Shown: positions 14,642 through 24,774, counted from the stretch's first letter. The stretch is DNA of 35,651 nucleotides from Candidatus Woesearchaeota archaeon (GCA_016926395.1 JAFGOT010000027.1:1-35651); one strand, 5' to 3'. Program-made: numbers and translations. The notes: a model not told the origin generated them from the letters alone.

Positions 14642-15763
14642 TTATTCTGGTTTATACAGAAAATCTTCTATTTGATTTTCTGCTTCTTTCCTTCTTTTTT
14701 GATGTTCAGCTAAGAACTCATTAATTTTGTCAATTAACATTGCTTTTACTTCGCCAGATAAGAGTTCGCCTTTTCGATATTTATCATACATCTCTTGTAG
14801 TTTTTCATCGTCATCTTCAAAGTATTGCATCCATTGACAAGCAACATCGATATCTGGATTTCCGCCTAGTTTTCTATGTTCTTCGACTGTATCTTGTCCG
14901 CCACTAAATGCATATTTGTTAATTTTTTTCTTAACTGTTTTTGGATCATCTGTTAGAAGAATATCTTTTCCTTCTCCACCTTTATCTGTCGATTGTTTTC
15001 CTTCTCCGCCTGTCATTGGCGTCATAAATTTAGCATGTAGTATTGCTGGTTTTTTATGTCCTAATTTTTCTATAACATCTCGACTAATTCTAAAGTGGGG
15101 ATCTTGATCAACACCAAGTGGAATGAGACACGGTCTGTTTTCATTTCTTAGTACGTTTGGTAAGAATGCTGGAACTGTTTGCATTGCAGTATAGAAGATG
15201 CTTCCTATATTGTTGGAATCCGTGAATCCAAATGCGCCTTTAACTTGTGATGTTGTTATTTTTTTTGCTACTTTGATTGCTTCTGGATACATAATTCCTG
15301 CATGTTTTGTATCAATCAAAAAATGTGTTTTTTTTGGGTCAAAACCAAGTGCAATCACATCTAACATGTTCTCGTATGTCCAGTCTTGAATTTCTTCATA
15401 ACTTTTATCTTGTTTGAATAAGAATTTTTCATCATCTGTGAACTGAAACCATAGGTCCACATCAAAAACATCTTGTAACCATTTGACAAATCTCCAAGTT
15501 CCAACATGACCTAAATGTATTGGTCCTGATGGTCCTCGACCTGTATATAAAAAGAATTTATTTCCTTTCTTGTATTCGTCAAGGCACCATTTCAGGTCTC
15601 TGTGTGCAAAGAATATTCCCCTACGTAATTGAGGGTGTAGTTCTCCTGCAAGTTCTTTGATTTGTTTAAGATCCTCTTCTGTGAGTTTCTTTATACCAAA
15701 TTCTAAAACTAGTCTTTCATAATCGACTGCTCCTTCGACCTCGTATGGATTTACTGTACTCAT
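14642..15763 (-). CDS. trpS: Tryptophan--tRNA ligase (archaeal/eukaryote type)
   Basis: Motifs YTGRGPSGPIHLGH (HIGH-type), GVDQDPHFR and KINKYAFSGGQ. The KMSKS position reads KQSTD. Confidence 0.96.
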   Translation of the reverse strand: MSTVNPYEVEGAVDYERLVLEFGIKKLTEEDLKQIKELAGELHPQLRRGIFFAHRDLKWCLDEYKKGNKFFLYTGRGPSGPIHLGHVGTWRFVKWLQDVFDVDLWFQFTDDEKFLFKQDKSYEEIQDWTYENMLDVIALGFDPKKTHFLIDTKHAGIMYPEAIKVAKKITTSQVKGAFGFTDSNNIGSIFYTAMQTVPAFLPNVLRNENRPCLIPLGVDQDPHFRISRDVIEKLGHKKPAILHAKFMTPMTGGEGKQSTDKGGEGKDILLTDDPKTVKKKINKYAFSGGQDTVEEHRKLGGNPDIDVACQWMQYFEDDDEKLQEMYDKYRKGELLSGEVKAMLIDKINEFLAEHQKRRKEAENQIEDFLYKPE

Positions 15764-15835
15764 ATCCTTAAAAAAAGACTTTTTCTTTAAAAATCTGTTG
15801 TTCGAATAATATAAATAAAAGAAAATGGCTCTGAT

Positions 15836-18016
15836 TTAGAGCTTTTTTATACGTAAAAGAAGTGAATTGCTTACGACGCTAACACTACTTAACGCCATCG
15901 CCCCACCTGCTATCATGGGATTTAATAGCCATCCTGTTAGCCCATATAACACTCCTGCTGCAATTGGTATTCCAAGAACGTTGTAAAATAGGGCCCAGAA
16001 CATGTTTTGTCTGATTTTACTCATTGTCATCTTGCTAAGTTTTATTGCACGAACAACGTCCATTAAATCATCTTTCATCAAAACTATTTCTCCACTTTCC
16101 ATTGCAACATCCGTTCCGCTTCCCATTGCGATTCCTATGTCTGCTTGAGCTAGTGCTGGAGCATCATTTATTCCATCTCCAACCATTGCGACAACGCCCA
16201 TTTGTTGTAGTTTTTTTACTTCGTTAGCTTTGTCTTCCGGAAGAACTTCTGCAGTGTATCCATCAACACCTACTTGTTTTGCTATTGCCTTTGCTGTTCG
16301 TTCGTTATCTCCTGTTAGCATGTAAACTTTTATTTTCATACTTTGGAGTTGTTTTATTGCTTCTTTTGAACTTTCTTTCACAACATCTGCAACTGCAATA
16401 TATCCCATGATGGTTTTTTTATAAGCCAGAATCATCACGGTTTTTCCTTCTTCTTCTAGATCGTGTATTTCTGGAATGTGGCCTTTAATATCAACTTTAT
16501 TTTTTATCATAAGTTTTGTATTTCCAAACGAGTATTCTCTTTTGTTTACACTGCCTATAATTCCAAAACCTGATATTGCTTTAAAGTTAGTTACTTTTTC
16601 AATTGGTATTCTTTCTTTGTCTGTGTAACTTATTATTGCTTCTGCTAGAGGATGTTCACTTTTTTTCTCTAAGCTTGCGATTATGCTAAGAACGTTTTCA
16701 AGTTTATTCTTTTCAAACACTGTTATGTTTGTGACTGTTGGTTTTCCTTTTGTTATTGTTCCTGTTTTATCGAGAATTATGCTTTTTATTTTATGGCTTG
16801 TTTCAAGTGCTTCTCCGCCTTTAATTAAAATACCTTTTTTTGCTCCTTTACCTGTTCCTACCATTATTGCTGTTGGTGTTGCAAGACCAAGGGCACAAGG
16901 ACATGCTATAACTAGCACTGCAATTCCTGCTTGCAAGGCAAAACTAAATTCTGCCTTCAATCCTAGTAGCCATACTAAAAATGTTCCTAATGCGATTAGC
17001 AAAACACTTGGAACAAAGTATGCTGAAACTGTATCTGCAAATCTTTGTATTGGTGCTTTATTTCCTTGAGCATCTTCAATTAATTTTATTATTTTTGATA
17101 GTGTTGTATTGCTTCCAACTTTTGTTGCTTTAAATGTGAAGTTTCCGTGTTTGTTAATTGTTGCTCCAATTACTGTGTTGCCTTTAATTTTTTCAACAGG
17201 AATACTCTCGCCAGTAACCATGCTTTCATCAACTGATGAGTTTCCGTGCAACACTATTCCATCAACTGGAACTTTTTCTCCTGGTTTTACAACAACATAA
17301 TCGCCAACTTGAACGTCATCAACTTTGACTTTCATTTCAATTCCATCTCTAACAATTGTTGCGATTTTTGGTTTTAGTCCAACTAATTTTTTTATTGCGT
17401 CACTTGTTCTTCCTTTTGCTTTAGCCTCTAGTAATCTTCCAAAAATAACTATTGTTATTAGAACTGCGCTGGCTTCGAAATAAACATGCGCCATCCCCAT
17501 TATTAATTGATATATGCTATAGAAATAAGCAGCACTTGTTCCCATAACAACAAGTGTATCCATATTTGCAGATTTTCCTTTTAGCGCTGCAAATGCGCTT
17601 TTATACATCGGCCATGCTACGTAGAATTGAACTGGCGTTGCAAGTAATCCCATTATTATTGCTTGATATGGAATTGGATTTTTCATAAAAAACATTCCTA
17701 GAATAAATACTGGGAGTGCAAATGTTAATCCTATAAAAAATTGTTTTCTAATTTGTTTGTATTCTTTTTTTCTTTTTTCTTCTTCTTTTTCAAAATCGCT
17801 TCCCTGTGATATTTTTGCTCCATATCCTTTTTTCTTAACGGCTTCTAAAACTTCTTTTAAGTCAACTTTTTTATCATCATAAACGATTGTTGCTTTATTG
17901 GTGCTAAGATTTACATTAGCTGATTCCATTCCATCCAATTTGTTTAAAGCTCTATTTACCATAGAACTACAACTAGCACAATGCATTCCAGTAATTTCAA
18001 GTGTTTCTTTTTTCAT
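15836..18016 (-). CDS. copA: Cu(I)-translocating P1B-1 ATPase
   Basis: N-terminal [33 protein letters not shown] and MxxSS motifs. The likely start is ATG 18016 ([10 protein letters not shown]), not 18115, which would overlap the upstream gene. Confidence 0.95.
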   Translation of the reverse strand: MKKETLEITGMHCASCSSMVNRALNKLDGMESANVNLSTNKATIVYDDKKVDLKEVLEAVKKKGYGAKISQGSDFEKEEEKRKKEYKQIRKQFFIGLTFALPVFILGMFFMKNPIPYQAIIMGLLATPVQFYVAWPMYKSAFAALKGKSANMDTLVVMGTSAAYFYSIYQLIMGMAHVYFEASAVLITIVIFGRLLEAKAKGRTSDAIKKLVGLKPKIATIVRDGIEMKVKVDDVQVGDYVVVKPGEKVPVDGIVLHGNSSVDESMVTGESIPVEKIKGNTVIGATINKHGNFTFKATKVGSNTTLSKIIKLIEDAQGNKAPIQRFADTVSAYFVPSVLLIALGTFLVWLLGLKAEFSFALQAGIAVLVIACPCALGLATPTAIMVGTGKGAKKGILIKGGEALETSHKIKSIILDKTGTITKGKPTVTNITVFEKNKLENVLSIIASLEKKSEHPLAEAIISYTDKERIPIEKVTNFKAISGFGIIGSVNKREYSFGNTKLMIKNKVDIKGHIPEIHDLEEEGKTVMILAYKKTIMGYIAVADVVKESSKEAIKQLQSMKIKVYMLTGDNERTAKAIAKQVGVDGYTAEVLPEDKANEVKKLQQMGVVAMVGDGINDAPALAQADIGIAMGSGTDVAMESGEIVLMKDDLMDVVRAIKLSKMTMSKIRQNMFWALFYNVLGIPIAAGVLYGLTGWLLNPMIAGGAMALSSVSVVSNSLLLRIKKL

Positions 18017-18017
18017 T

Positions 18018-19487
18018 TTATACTCCGCAAGTTCCACCTGCAGATCCACCACCACAGCCACATCCGCCTGAAGCTTGAGGTATTGCGGCAATCTCTTGTT
18101 GTATTTCTTTAGCACTCACACTTCCAAGATCTTCTTTTACGATAAATGTTCCTGGTATCATTCCCATCCAACAACTCCATGGAACAACCCCTTCTTTTGT
18201 TGGTGTAAATTCAATGGTTTGCATCCCTTTTTTTATGTCAAATTTGAGATTATATTCTGGTACTTGGATTGCATTATTGCATCCTGTAACTTCAAGTCCG
18301 TTTATTTTCCATTTTACTGGAACATCTTTTTGAAGAACAAATTTATCTGGTTCCCATCCATATCTTGTTACGTTCATTTCAATTACTTGATATTCTCCTT
18401 CCATTTTAACAATTTCATCACTTGCCATGCTGGTTGCTGTTACTTTGGCTGTCAATGTGTTTGTATCAAGACCTGATCCTGATAATGCCAAACCTCTATT
18501 AACCATTATTAATCCTAGTAATATAACAACAAATGCTGATGCTTTGAGAATTTTTGTTGTTGCTCTTCTTGAAACCAAACTCGTGATAAATCCAAATCCT
18601 AAAAGAACGGGTAATGTTCCAAGTCCAAATAAGAATAATATTTTTGCTCCTTCAATCATACTTCCTGTTCCTGCCGCCATTATATAGATTGCTTGAAGAG
18701 GTCCGCATGCTATCATCAAACCGTTTAATAAGCCAATCACTAACGGGCTTTTTGTATTCTTCTGTTCTTTTGCAACAAACTTTGTTACTCCTTTTGGTGT
18801 GTGTAATCCAAAACGTCGAAGTTTTGGAAAGACATTTAACATTTTAAGACCAAAAATTATTAAGAATAATCCGGCAAGAAGTCCTGCTATTCCTCTTATT
18901 TGTGGAGTGAATGCAATAAAAGAACCTAGCAGTCCAAACATTGCCCCGATTATCGTATATGATATTGTTTTTCCAAATCCGTACATAAAATGTGATTTGT
19001 GTGATTTCCTTCCTTCTTTCGCATCTTTTGCGCAATAACTAACAACAAACCCGCCACACATAGCAACACAATGAAATCCTGTTAGTAATCCCCCCACTAA
19101 AATTAAACCATAACTCATTCCTTGAGTTAGTTGTGGTAGTTGAATTCCTTCAACCATTTGAAATAAGAAATATGCAAGAACTCCAATTCCTATTGCTCCA
19201 ACAATCCAACCAGTTATTTCTGTTGTTTTATTTTCTGTTTTATATTTTTTTGATGTTTTGGGTGCTGGACTATCATCTAGAATTAAACATTCATAACCTT
19301 TTTCTTCAATTTTAAAAAGTATTTCATCGATGTCTGTTTTTGAAGGATCATATGTCACTTCTCCTTCTTCAGTTTCATAACTAAAATTTACTTTTTCTAC
19401 TCCCTCAACCTTTTCTGCTTGACGTTTAATTATTGTGGCGCAGGATTCACAAGTTGTTCCTTTTGCAATAAACTTTTCTGTTTTCAT
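18018..19487 (-). CDS. HMA + DsbD_2/TauE-like membrane domain + cupredoxin-domain protein
   Basis: N-terminal [15 protein letters not shown] and [12 protein letters not shown] (DsbD_2-like), several TM segments, C-terminal PWSCWMGM cupredoxin motif, and a Cys/Gly tail GGCGCGGG...CG. Confidence 0.88.
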   Translation of the reverse strand: MKTEKFIAKGTTCESCATIIKRQAEKVEGVEKVNFSYETEEGEVTYDPSKTDIDEILFKIEEKGYECLILDDSPAPKTSKKYKTENKTTEITGWIVGAIGIGVLAYFLFQMVEGIQLPQLTQGMSYGLILVGGLLTGFHCVAMCGGFVVSYCAKDAKEGRKSHKSHFMYGFGKTISYTIIGAMFGLLGSFIAFTPQIRGIAGLLAGLFLIIFGLKMLNVFPKLRRFGLHTPKGVTKFVAKEQKNTKSPLVIGLLNGLMIACGPLQAIYIMAAGTGSMIEGAKILFLFGLGTLPVLLGFGFITSLVSRRATTKILKASAFVVILLGLIMVNRGLALSGSGLDTNTLTAKVTATSMASDEIVKMEGEYQVIEMNVTRYGWEPDKFVLQKDVPVKWKINGLEVTGCNNAIQVPEYNLKFDIKKGMQTIEFTPTKEGVVPWSCWMGMIPGTFIVKEDLGSVSAKEIQQEIAAIPQASGGCGCGGGSAGGTCGV

Positions 19488-19694
19488 CTATTTAACCTCA
19501 TATCCTTCTGAAGCTATTATCTCTTTTAGGTGATCAAGATCTGTTTGAGTTTCTTCAAATTCAATTTCCACTGAATTATTTTTCATCGTTGCTGTGCAGG
19601 TTTTTACTCCTTCTTCATCTTCAATGATATCTTTAATTAGCATTTCACAACTAGGGCAGTGCATTCCTTTAACTTCTAGATTTACTTTTTTCAT
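19488..19694 (-). CDS. copZ: Copper chaperone (HMA domain)
   Basis: GMHCPSC motif. Likely start is ATG 19694, preceded by SD AGGTGA. Abuts the next gene. Confidence 0.9.
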   Translation of the reverse strand: MKKVNLEVKGMHCPSCEMLIKDIIEDEEGVKTCTATMKNNSVEIEFEETQTDLDHLKEIIASEGYEVK

Positions 19695-19756
19695 GGTTTT
19701 CACCTTTCTGTCATTTTGAAAGCAAATCCTTTATTAATGCCTTTTCAGAATAAGTT

Positions 19757-19806
19757 GTGTTCTTTATTGTTCCTAATTGTCAAATTATTGTCCCAGAACG
19801 TTTAAA
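19757..19806 (-). promoter_or_regulatory. Copper-operon promoter: TATA-like TTTAAA followed by phased ACAAT direct repeats
   Basis: Plus-strand ATTGT occurs at 19766, 19776 and 19787 (10-11 bp spacing), with TTTAAA at 19801-19806. Confidence 0.45.
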
Positions 19807-19816
19807 GACGTGTTTT

Positions 19817-21235
19817 TTATAGAAATTGAGAAATATATTTTTTTCGAGTTTCAAATCCATTTTTATGTGCCAGTTTTTTCATTGCACTATCAAATCTACT
19901 TCCATATTGAGCTGCTCTTTTTTTTCTATCACACACATATGAAACAACACCTAACTCTTTACTAATCTTTCTAAGAATTGCTTTTTCTACGCCATTGACA
20001 ATTTTATCCTCTCCTGGTATGCTAAGTGCATATTCCACAAGTTCTTTGTCTAGGAATGGAAGTCTAAGTTCTATGCCGTAATTCATTGTGATGACATCAT
20101 CTCTGTATAGATCCCTTTCATGCATTGCTTTAAGTCCTGTCATACACTCTTCATTTATAGTTTTTGTAGTCTCTTTGTGTCTTTGATAGCCTGCAAATAT
20201 TTCTTCGCTTCCAAGACCTGAGAATATCACTCTTACTCCGTCTTGTTTAGCCATGTTGCAGCATACGGAGAATGGAAGAGCAACTCCTGCTTTAACAACG
20301 TCTGCTTCTTCAATGATTGGAATTATTTTTTTTAGTTCTTTTTCTACTTCTTCTAAGTTTAGAATTTTTTCTTTATACTTTAGATTCATATCGTTTGCTA
20401 CTTGACGTGCCACAACTAAATCTTCAGGATCTTTTGTTCTTTCGTCTTGGAATCCCGCACTATAACATGTAACATCATAACCTAAATCAGTCACTATTTT
20501 TGCTATAACTGTAGAATCTATTCCTCCTGAAAATAATATTCCAACATTAACTTTATCTTCTTTTGGAGGTAAACGTTTTTTTACGGAATTAATTAGAAGT
20601 TTCTTTACTCTTTCCTCATTTAGTTCTTCTTTTCTAAGTTTAAAGAATTCTCTATTTTCAAAGATTATTTTTTTAGTTTTAATATTATATTTTAGAATTT
20701 GTCTTGGATTAAGTTCGATTGATTCTTTTGGCAAAGCCTTTTTTTCACTTGCAAAAAATAATTCGAATTTTAACTCCTCACCACTAATTGGTTGGGTGTA
20801 GTGGTGTAGAGGTTTTACTCCAATTAAATCTCTAGCTAAAATAATCTCTTCTCCTTCGAAGTACGCAAATGCATAAACACCATCTAATTCTTCTAAACAG
20901 GAGGTTCCTTTTTCTTGAAGTAATTGTAATAGTAAATCAGAATCATTTTTTGCATTAAGTTTGTATTTGGAGTTTAGTTCTTTCCAGTTATATATTTCAC
21001 AATTAGATATTATTATTCCTTTTTTTCCAGGAATTGGTTGAGGAACATGTCCAACGATTGACAATAAGTTATGTCCAAAGTAACCTTCTACCTCTTTTGT
21101 TCCAATAGCGGCAATTCTAGTATTATCCGGACCTCTGTTTTTCATTATTTCAAGTCCTTTTAAGACTAATTCTTTTGCTTGATCGTCTGAATCAGTGCCT
21201 GCTTTGAAACCAGCTATACCTATTATACCGCACAT
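19817..21235 (-). CDS. asnB: Asparagine synthetase B family (glutamine-hydrolysing amidotransferase)
   Basis: N-terminal nucleophile MCGI, plus RGPD, NCEIYN, RDLIGVKPL, SGGIDS, SGLGSEEIFAGY and LRLPFLD. Confidence 0.9.
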   Translation of the reverse strand: MCGIIGIAGFKAGTDSDDQAKELVLKGLEIMKNRGPDNTRIAAIGTKEVEGYFGHNLLSIVGHVPQPIPGKKGIIISNCEIYNWKELNSKYKLNAKNDSDLLLQLLQEKGTSCLEELDGVYAFAYFEGEEIILARDLIGVKPLHHYTQPISGEELKFELFFASEKKALPKESIELNPRQILKYNIKTKKIIFENREFFKLRKEELNEERVKKLLINSVKKRLPPKEDKVNVGILFSGGIDSTVIAKIVTDLGYDVTCYSAGFQDERTKDPEDLVVARQVANDMNLKYKEKILNLEEVEKELKKIIPIIEEADVVKAGVALPFSVCCNMAKQDGVRVIFSGLGSEEIFAGYQRHKETTKTINEECMTGLKAMHERDLYRDDVITMNYGIELRLPFLDKELVEYALSIPGEDKIVNGVEKAILRKISKELGVVSYVCDRKKRAAQYGSRFDSAMKKLAHKNGFETRKKYISQFL

Positions 21236-21270
21236 TATAATTAGAGAAAAAGGGGCTTTTCTTTTTAAAT

Positions 21271-22608
21271 CTACGCCCGACTGATTATGTGTTCTATTTT
21301 TTCTTTTAGTTCTTTTACGATATTTTCTCTGTTTCCTTCAATATTTACTCTTACCAGAGGTTCGGTGTTACTTTTTCTAACGTTAAAAAAATATTCATCT
21401 GAATACACACTTATCCCATCAATTTCCAGAATTTCTTTTGCTTCATTTGTAAATTCTTTTTTTATTTCCTTTAGGGCGTAGTTAGGGTCATTAACTTCAT
21501 AATTGATTTCTCCCGAGTTGGCATACTTTTCGATAAGTGGACTAGAAAGTTCTTTTAGTGTTTTGTTTGTTTTATCTAATATGTTTAAAACATTAATTAT
21601 TGTATATATGCTTGAGTCTGTATAATGTAATTTTTGATAAACGTAGTGTCCTGATTTTTCGCCTGCAAATTGAACGCTGTTTTTCTTCATTCCTTTTTTT
21701 ATGTATGGTGCTCCTGATGCAAAAAGAAAACTTTCAATTTTATTTTCCTCTAGTATTTCTTTAACTGCTCGTGAGCTTCTAACTTCATATCCTGCCCTTT
21801 CGCCTTCTTTTAATATATTTGATCCAATTATTCCAATCATGATATCTGCAGGAATTATATCTCCTTCGTTAGTTACGAATATGACTCTGTCAGCATCACC
21901 GTCAAATGCAACTCCAAAATCAAATTCTTCTTTTTTTATTTTGGCTACTATTTGTTTTAAGTTTGCATTTATTGCGGGGTTACATTCGTGGTTTGGAAAT
22001 GTTCCATCTATTTCAGCAAACATTACTTCCAAGTGTATTTTTTCTCCAAATATTTTCTTTAATGCTTTAACTTCTAGTATTCCCATTCCATTTCCTGTGT
22101 CTGCTAATATTTTGTAGCTTCTGTGTATTGGTTTGGTGAGTTTTTTTATTTCATTGACATATTCTTCATTGATTGTTTTTTGAATTAAGTGTCCGGGTGT
22201 TTTTTTATTAAATTCTTTTTTGTTCATTATTTGCTTGATTTCTTCAAGGCCATTTTCTTTGAATATTGGAACGGCATTTTCACTACATATTTTAAACCCG
22301 TTATACTCTTTGGGGTTGTGGCTTGCTGTTATTATAACTCCTCCACAAGCAGTTCCTGAGTATAATGAAAAGTAGAATTGTGGTGTTGAAACTTTTCCTA
22401 TTGTTACAACGTTTTTCCCGGTGCTAAGAATACCTTTTATTAGAGCAGGATATAGTTTGTCGCCACTTTTTCTTCCATCTCGAGCAACGACTATTTTTTC
22501 TCCTTTCAGATATGTTCCAATGGCTTTTCCAAGATTTAGCGCAAATTCTTCATCTATATCTCTTTGATACACTCCTCGGATATCATACGCTTTAAATGGA
22601 TCACTCAA
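21271..22608 (-). CDS. Phosphomannomutase/phosphoglucomutase
   Basis: Motifs FKAYDIRG, ITASHNP, DGDADR, GEKSGH and VRKSNTEPLVR. TTG start with SD GAGGTG. Confidence 0.95.
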   Translation of the reverse strand: MSDPFKAYDIRGVYQRDIDEEFALNLGKAIGTYLKGEKIVVARDGRKSGDKLYPALIKGILSTGKNVVTIGKVSTPQFYFSLYSGTACGGVIITASHNPKEYNGFKICSENAVPIFKENGLEEIKQIMNKKEFNKKTPGHLIQKTINEEYVNEIKKLTKPIHRSYKILADTGNGMGILEVKALKKIFGEKIHLEVMFAEIDGTFPNHECNPAINANLKQIVAKIKKEEFDFGVAFDGDADRVIFVTNEGDIIPADIMIGIIGSNILKEGERAGYEVRSSRAVKEILEENKIESFLFASGAPYIKKGMKKNSVQFAGEKSGHYVYQKLHYTDSSIYTIINVLNILDKTNKTLKELSSPLIEKYANSGEINYEVNDPNYALKEIKKEFTNEAKEILEIDGISVYSDEYFFNVRKSNTEPLVRVNIEGNRENIVKELKEKIEHIISRA

Positions 22609-22657
22609 ACACTTTCACCTCTAATACTTTATTAGAGATTCACTTGTTTTTAAACTT

Positions 22658-23815
22658 TTAGTCTAATTTTAAGTACTGTTCTTTTCTTAGAAGTAAGCCT
22701 TTGTGTGGTATGTTAATTTGATCAAGGCTTGTATTGGTTGATAATTTGTATAGTGTGTCTTGAGGAAACACAATTTGTGTGCCTTTCCCTACTAGTCTAT
22801 TATAATAACCTTCATTGATGCTGTATTCTGATATTTCTTTGGCTAATATATGGTTTTTTGTTAGTGTTATTTTTCCTTGATACTTTTTCCCGTTTTTAGC
22901 AACTGGCATTCTTTTAGCCAGCAATCCTGCAAGGTATGCTTGTTGTATTTCTTCTCTTGAAGCATCTCTTTGGTTGTTGCAGATTTTTTTTAGGTTTATT
23001 AGATTTCTTTGTTCAATTAATTTTGAGAATCCTAAATATTCGCTAAAAAATTGTTGAATAACTTTTGAATGAATTGTTAATGGTCTGTTTCTTCCTGTTC
23101 CAAAATCTTGTCCATTTCCATTTCTTAATATAGCATCTTTTTGCACTTTGAAACTGTTTTCAATGATTGGGATTATTGTTTCTATCATCCATTCTTTTTC
23201 TTCTTCTCCAAAATAATTGAAGTATACTGTATGGACTCCTTCTTTTCCATTTTCTATTGTTGCCCCTGCAGTTGCAATCCCATACATTATTGCTTGTTCT
23301 AATCCTATTTTAGGAATTTTTATTCCTCTTGCTAAATCATTATCTGAAAATTGAAGACTTGGTCCCCAGATTTGGATTGTTTCTTTTGCGTTTAGAAGCA
23401 TATCTTTCTTTTCTATTTCTTCATAAACTATTTTTCTTAGTACTGTAGGACTATTAACTTGTATTCCCATTTCAGAATTTAATGTATTTCTTTCAGATTT
23501 GAAATATTGATTTATTCCTTTATTTATTGATTCTGATGATATTTGATAATTGTCTTCTGTTCCTATTAATGATTCAATTAAACTTCCTGTTATGTGCATA
23601 AGTGCGGTTGCCTTTTCAATTCCTTGTCTTGTAAGTGCAATATATGTCAGCTCTGCAGCTTCAATAACTCTGTTTTTTGTTCCGTGTGGTTTTCTTTCGC
23701 CTTTGATATTTTCTATTTCACTATCGCTGATTCCAAATGTGTTTTGAATTATATTTAATCTAGTTTCAAGATTATGTTCTTTCAAATCCGTTGGTTGTAG
23801 TAGTTTGGTTTTCAT
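22658..23815 (-). CDS. Hypothetical protein with probable degenerate two-motif LAGLIDADG fold
   Basis: EQAIMYGIATAGATI (aa 173-187) and QQAYLAGLLAKRMPV (aa 291-305) are ~118 aa apart, with TIHSKVIQQFF between them. The catalytic acidic residues are missing. Confidence 0.6.
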   Translation of the reverse strand: MKTKLLQPTDLKEHNLETRLNIIQNTFGISDSEIENIKGERKPHGTKNRVIEAAELTYIALTRQGIEKATALMHITGSLIESLIGTEDNYQISSESINKGINQYFKSERNTLNSEMGIQVNSPTVLRKIVYEEIEKKDMLLNAKETIQIWGPSLQFSDNDLARGIKIPKIGLEQAIMYGIATAGATIENGKEGVHTVYFNYFGEEEKEWMIETIIPIIENSFKVQKDAILRNGNGQDFGTGRNRPLTIHSKVIQQFFSEYLGFSKLIEQRNLINLKKICNNQRDASREEIQQAYLAGLLAKRMPVAKNGKKYQGKITLTKNHILAKEISEYSINEGYYNRLVGKGTQIVFPQDTLYKLSTNTSLDQINIPHKGLLLRKEQYLKLD

Positions 23816-23892
23816 TACTTATCAGTAACTAAGAAATCGATTTTTATTTATAAATGTGTCTGAATATAAAAAATAAAAATAACTGGTTTTTA

Positions 23893-24720
23893 CTAGTCGT
23901 TATTCCAGTTTTTGATTGCTTGTGCTAATGCCTCTTCACTTCGAACGTCTTGCCATTCTCCATAAAATACATATCCTGCACATTCTTCTCTGTTCGCTAG
24001 TTTAGGAAATACATCTTCCTCTAGTCTCCCATATCCTTCAGGAGCCTCATTTATTACTTCAGGTTCAAAAATGTAGAGTCCGGCATTAATTAGGTTTGTT
24101 GGAATATTTTCTTTTGGTTTTTCTACAAAACTATATACTCTATTTCCATTAAGAATTACGACTCCGTAGTCTTTAGGATTCATTGTGGTTGTTACTGCAA
24201 TTGTTGCTAATGTGCCTTGTTTTCGATGATATTCGTACATTTCTTTTATGTCAATGCTTTTTAGTTCATCACCATTACATACTAGAAATGTTCCACTTAT
24301 ATGTTGTGCTGCCTCTTTTAGTGCGCCTGCGGTTCCAAGAGGAACATCTTCTTCAATGTATGTTATTTCAACGCCAAGTTTTTTACCATCTTTTAGGTAA
24401 TTTTTTATAATTTCTTTTTTGTGACCTACTGCAATTATGAATTTTTTTATTCCTTGTTTTTTAAGCATTAAAATATTGTGTTCTAGAATTGTTTTTCCAT
24501 TTACTTCAAGCATTGTTGTTGGAATATCTTTCCGATCTATTTTCAGTTCGTATGGTCCTCCTGCAAGAATCACTGCTTGAGAGATGTTTTTTCTTTGGAG
24601 TGCTTTAGATAGATTGAGTTCAATCGCGTGACTTCTATTTTTTATTACGGTTCCATCTACTTGTGCATCTATTGATGATAGCATATCTTCGTCTATTGTG
24701 ATTGTTATTCTTTCTTTCAT
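23893..24720 (-). CDS. N-terminal ribbon-helix-helix domain fused to sugar-phosphate nucleotidyltransferase-like domain (degenerate active-site loop)
   Basis: RITITIDEDMLSSID...NRSHAIE is RHH/CopG-like. ILAGG, PLGTAG, NGD, FVEKP and INAGLY are retained, but GxGTRL and PKP are replaced. Confidence 0.85.
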   Translation of the reverse strand: MKERITITIDEDMLSSIDAQVDGTVIKNRSHAIELNLSKALQRKNISQAVILAGGPYELKIDRKDIPTTMLEVNGKTILEHNILMLKKQGIKKFIIAVGHKKEIIKNYLKDGKKLGVEITYIEEDVPLGTAGALKEAAQHISGTFLVCNGDELKSIDIKEMYEYHRKQGTLATIAVTTTMNPKDYGVVILNGNRVYSFVEKPKENIPTNLINAGLYIFEPEVINEAPEGYGRLEEDVFPKLANREECAGYVFYGEWQDVRSEEALAQAIKNWNND

Positions 24721-24729
24721 TTTTATCCT

Positions 24730-24774
24730 TTATAACAAATGAAGCTCAAAAACGGTTGTTTTTTGTTGTTTCAT
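24730..24774 (-). CDS. Possible 14-aa upstream peptide MKQQKTTVFELHLL
   Basis: GGAGG lies 7 nt before the ATG. The ORF lies between the TATA box (24816-24823) and the RHH gene. Confidence 0.3.
   Translation of the reverse strand: MKQQKTTVFELHLL

Noticed and set aside
18017-18115. ORF-track N-terminal extension of CopA (similarly Rrp41 35067-35150 and DUF2156 31812-31862)
   Set aside because: These extensions overlap neighbouring genes, and homologous domains begin at the downstream ATGs.
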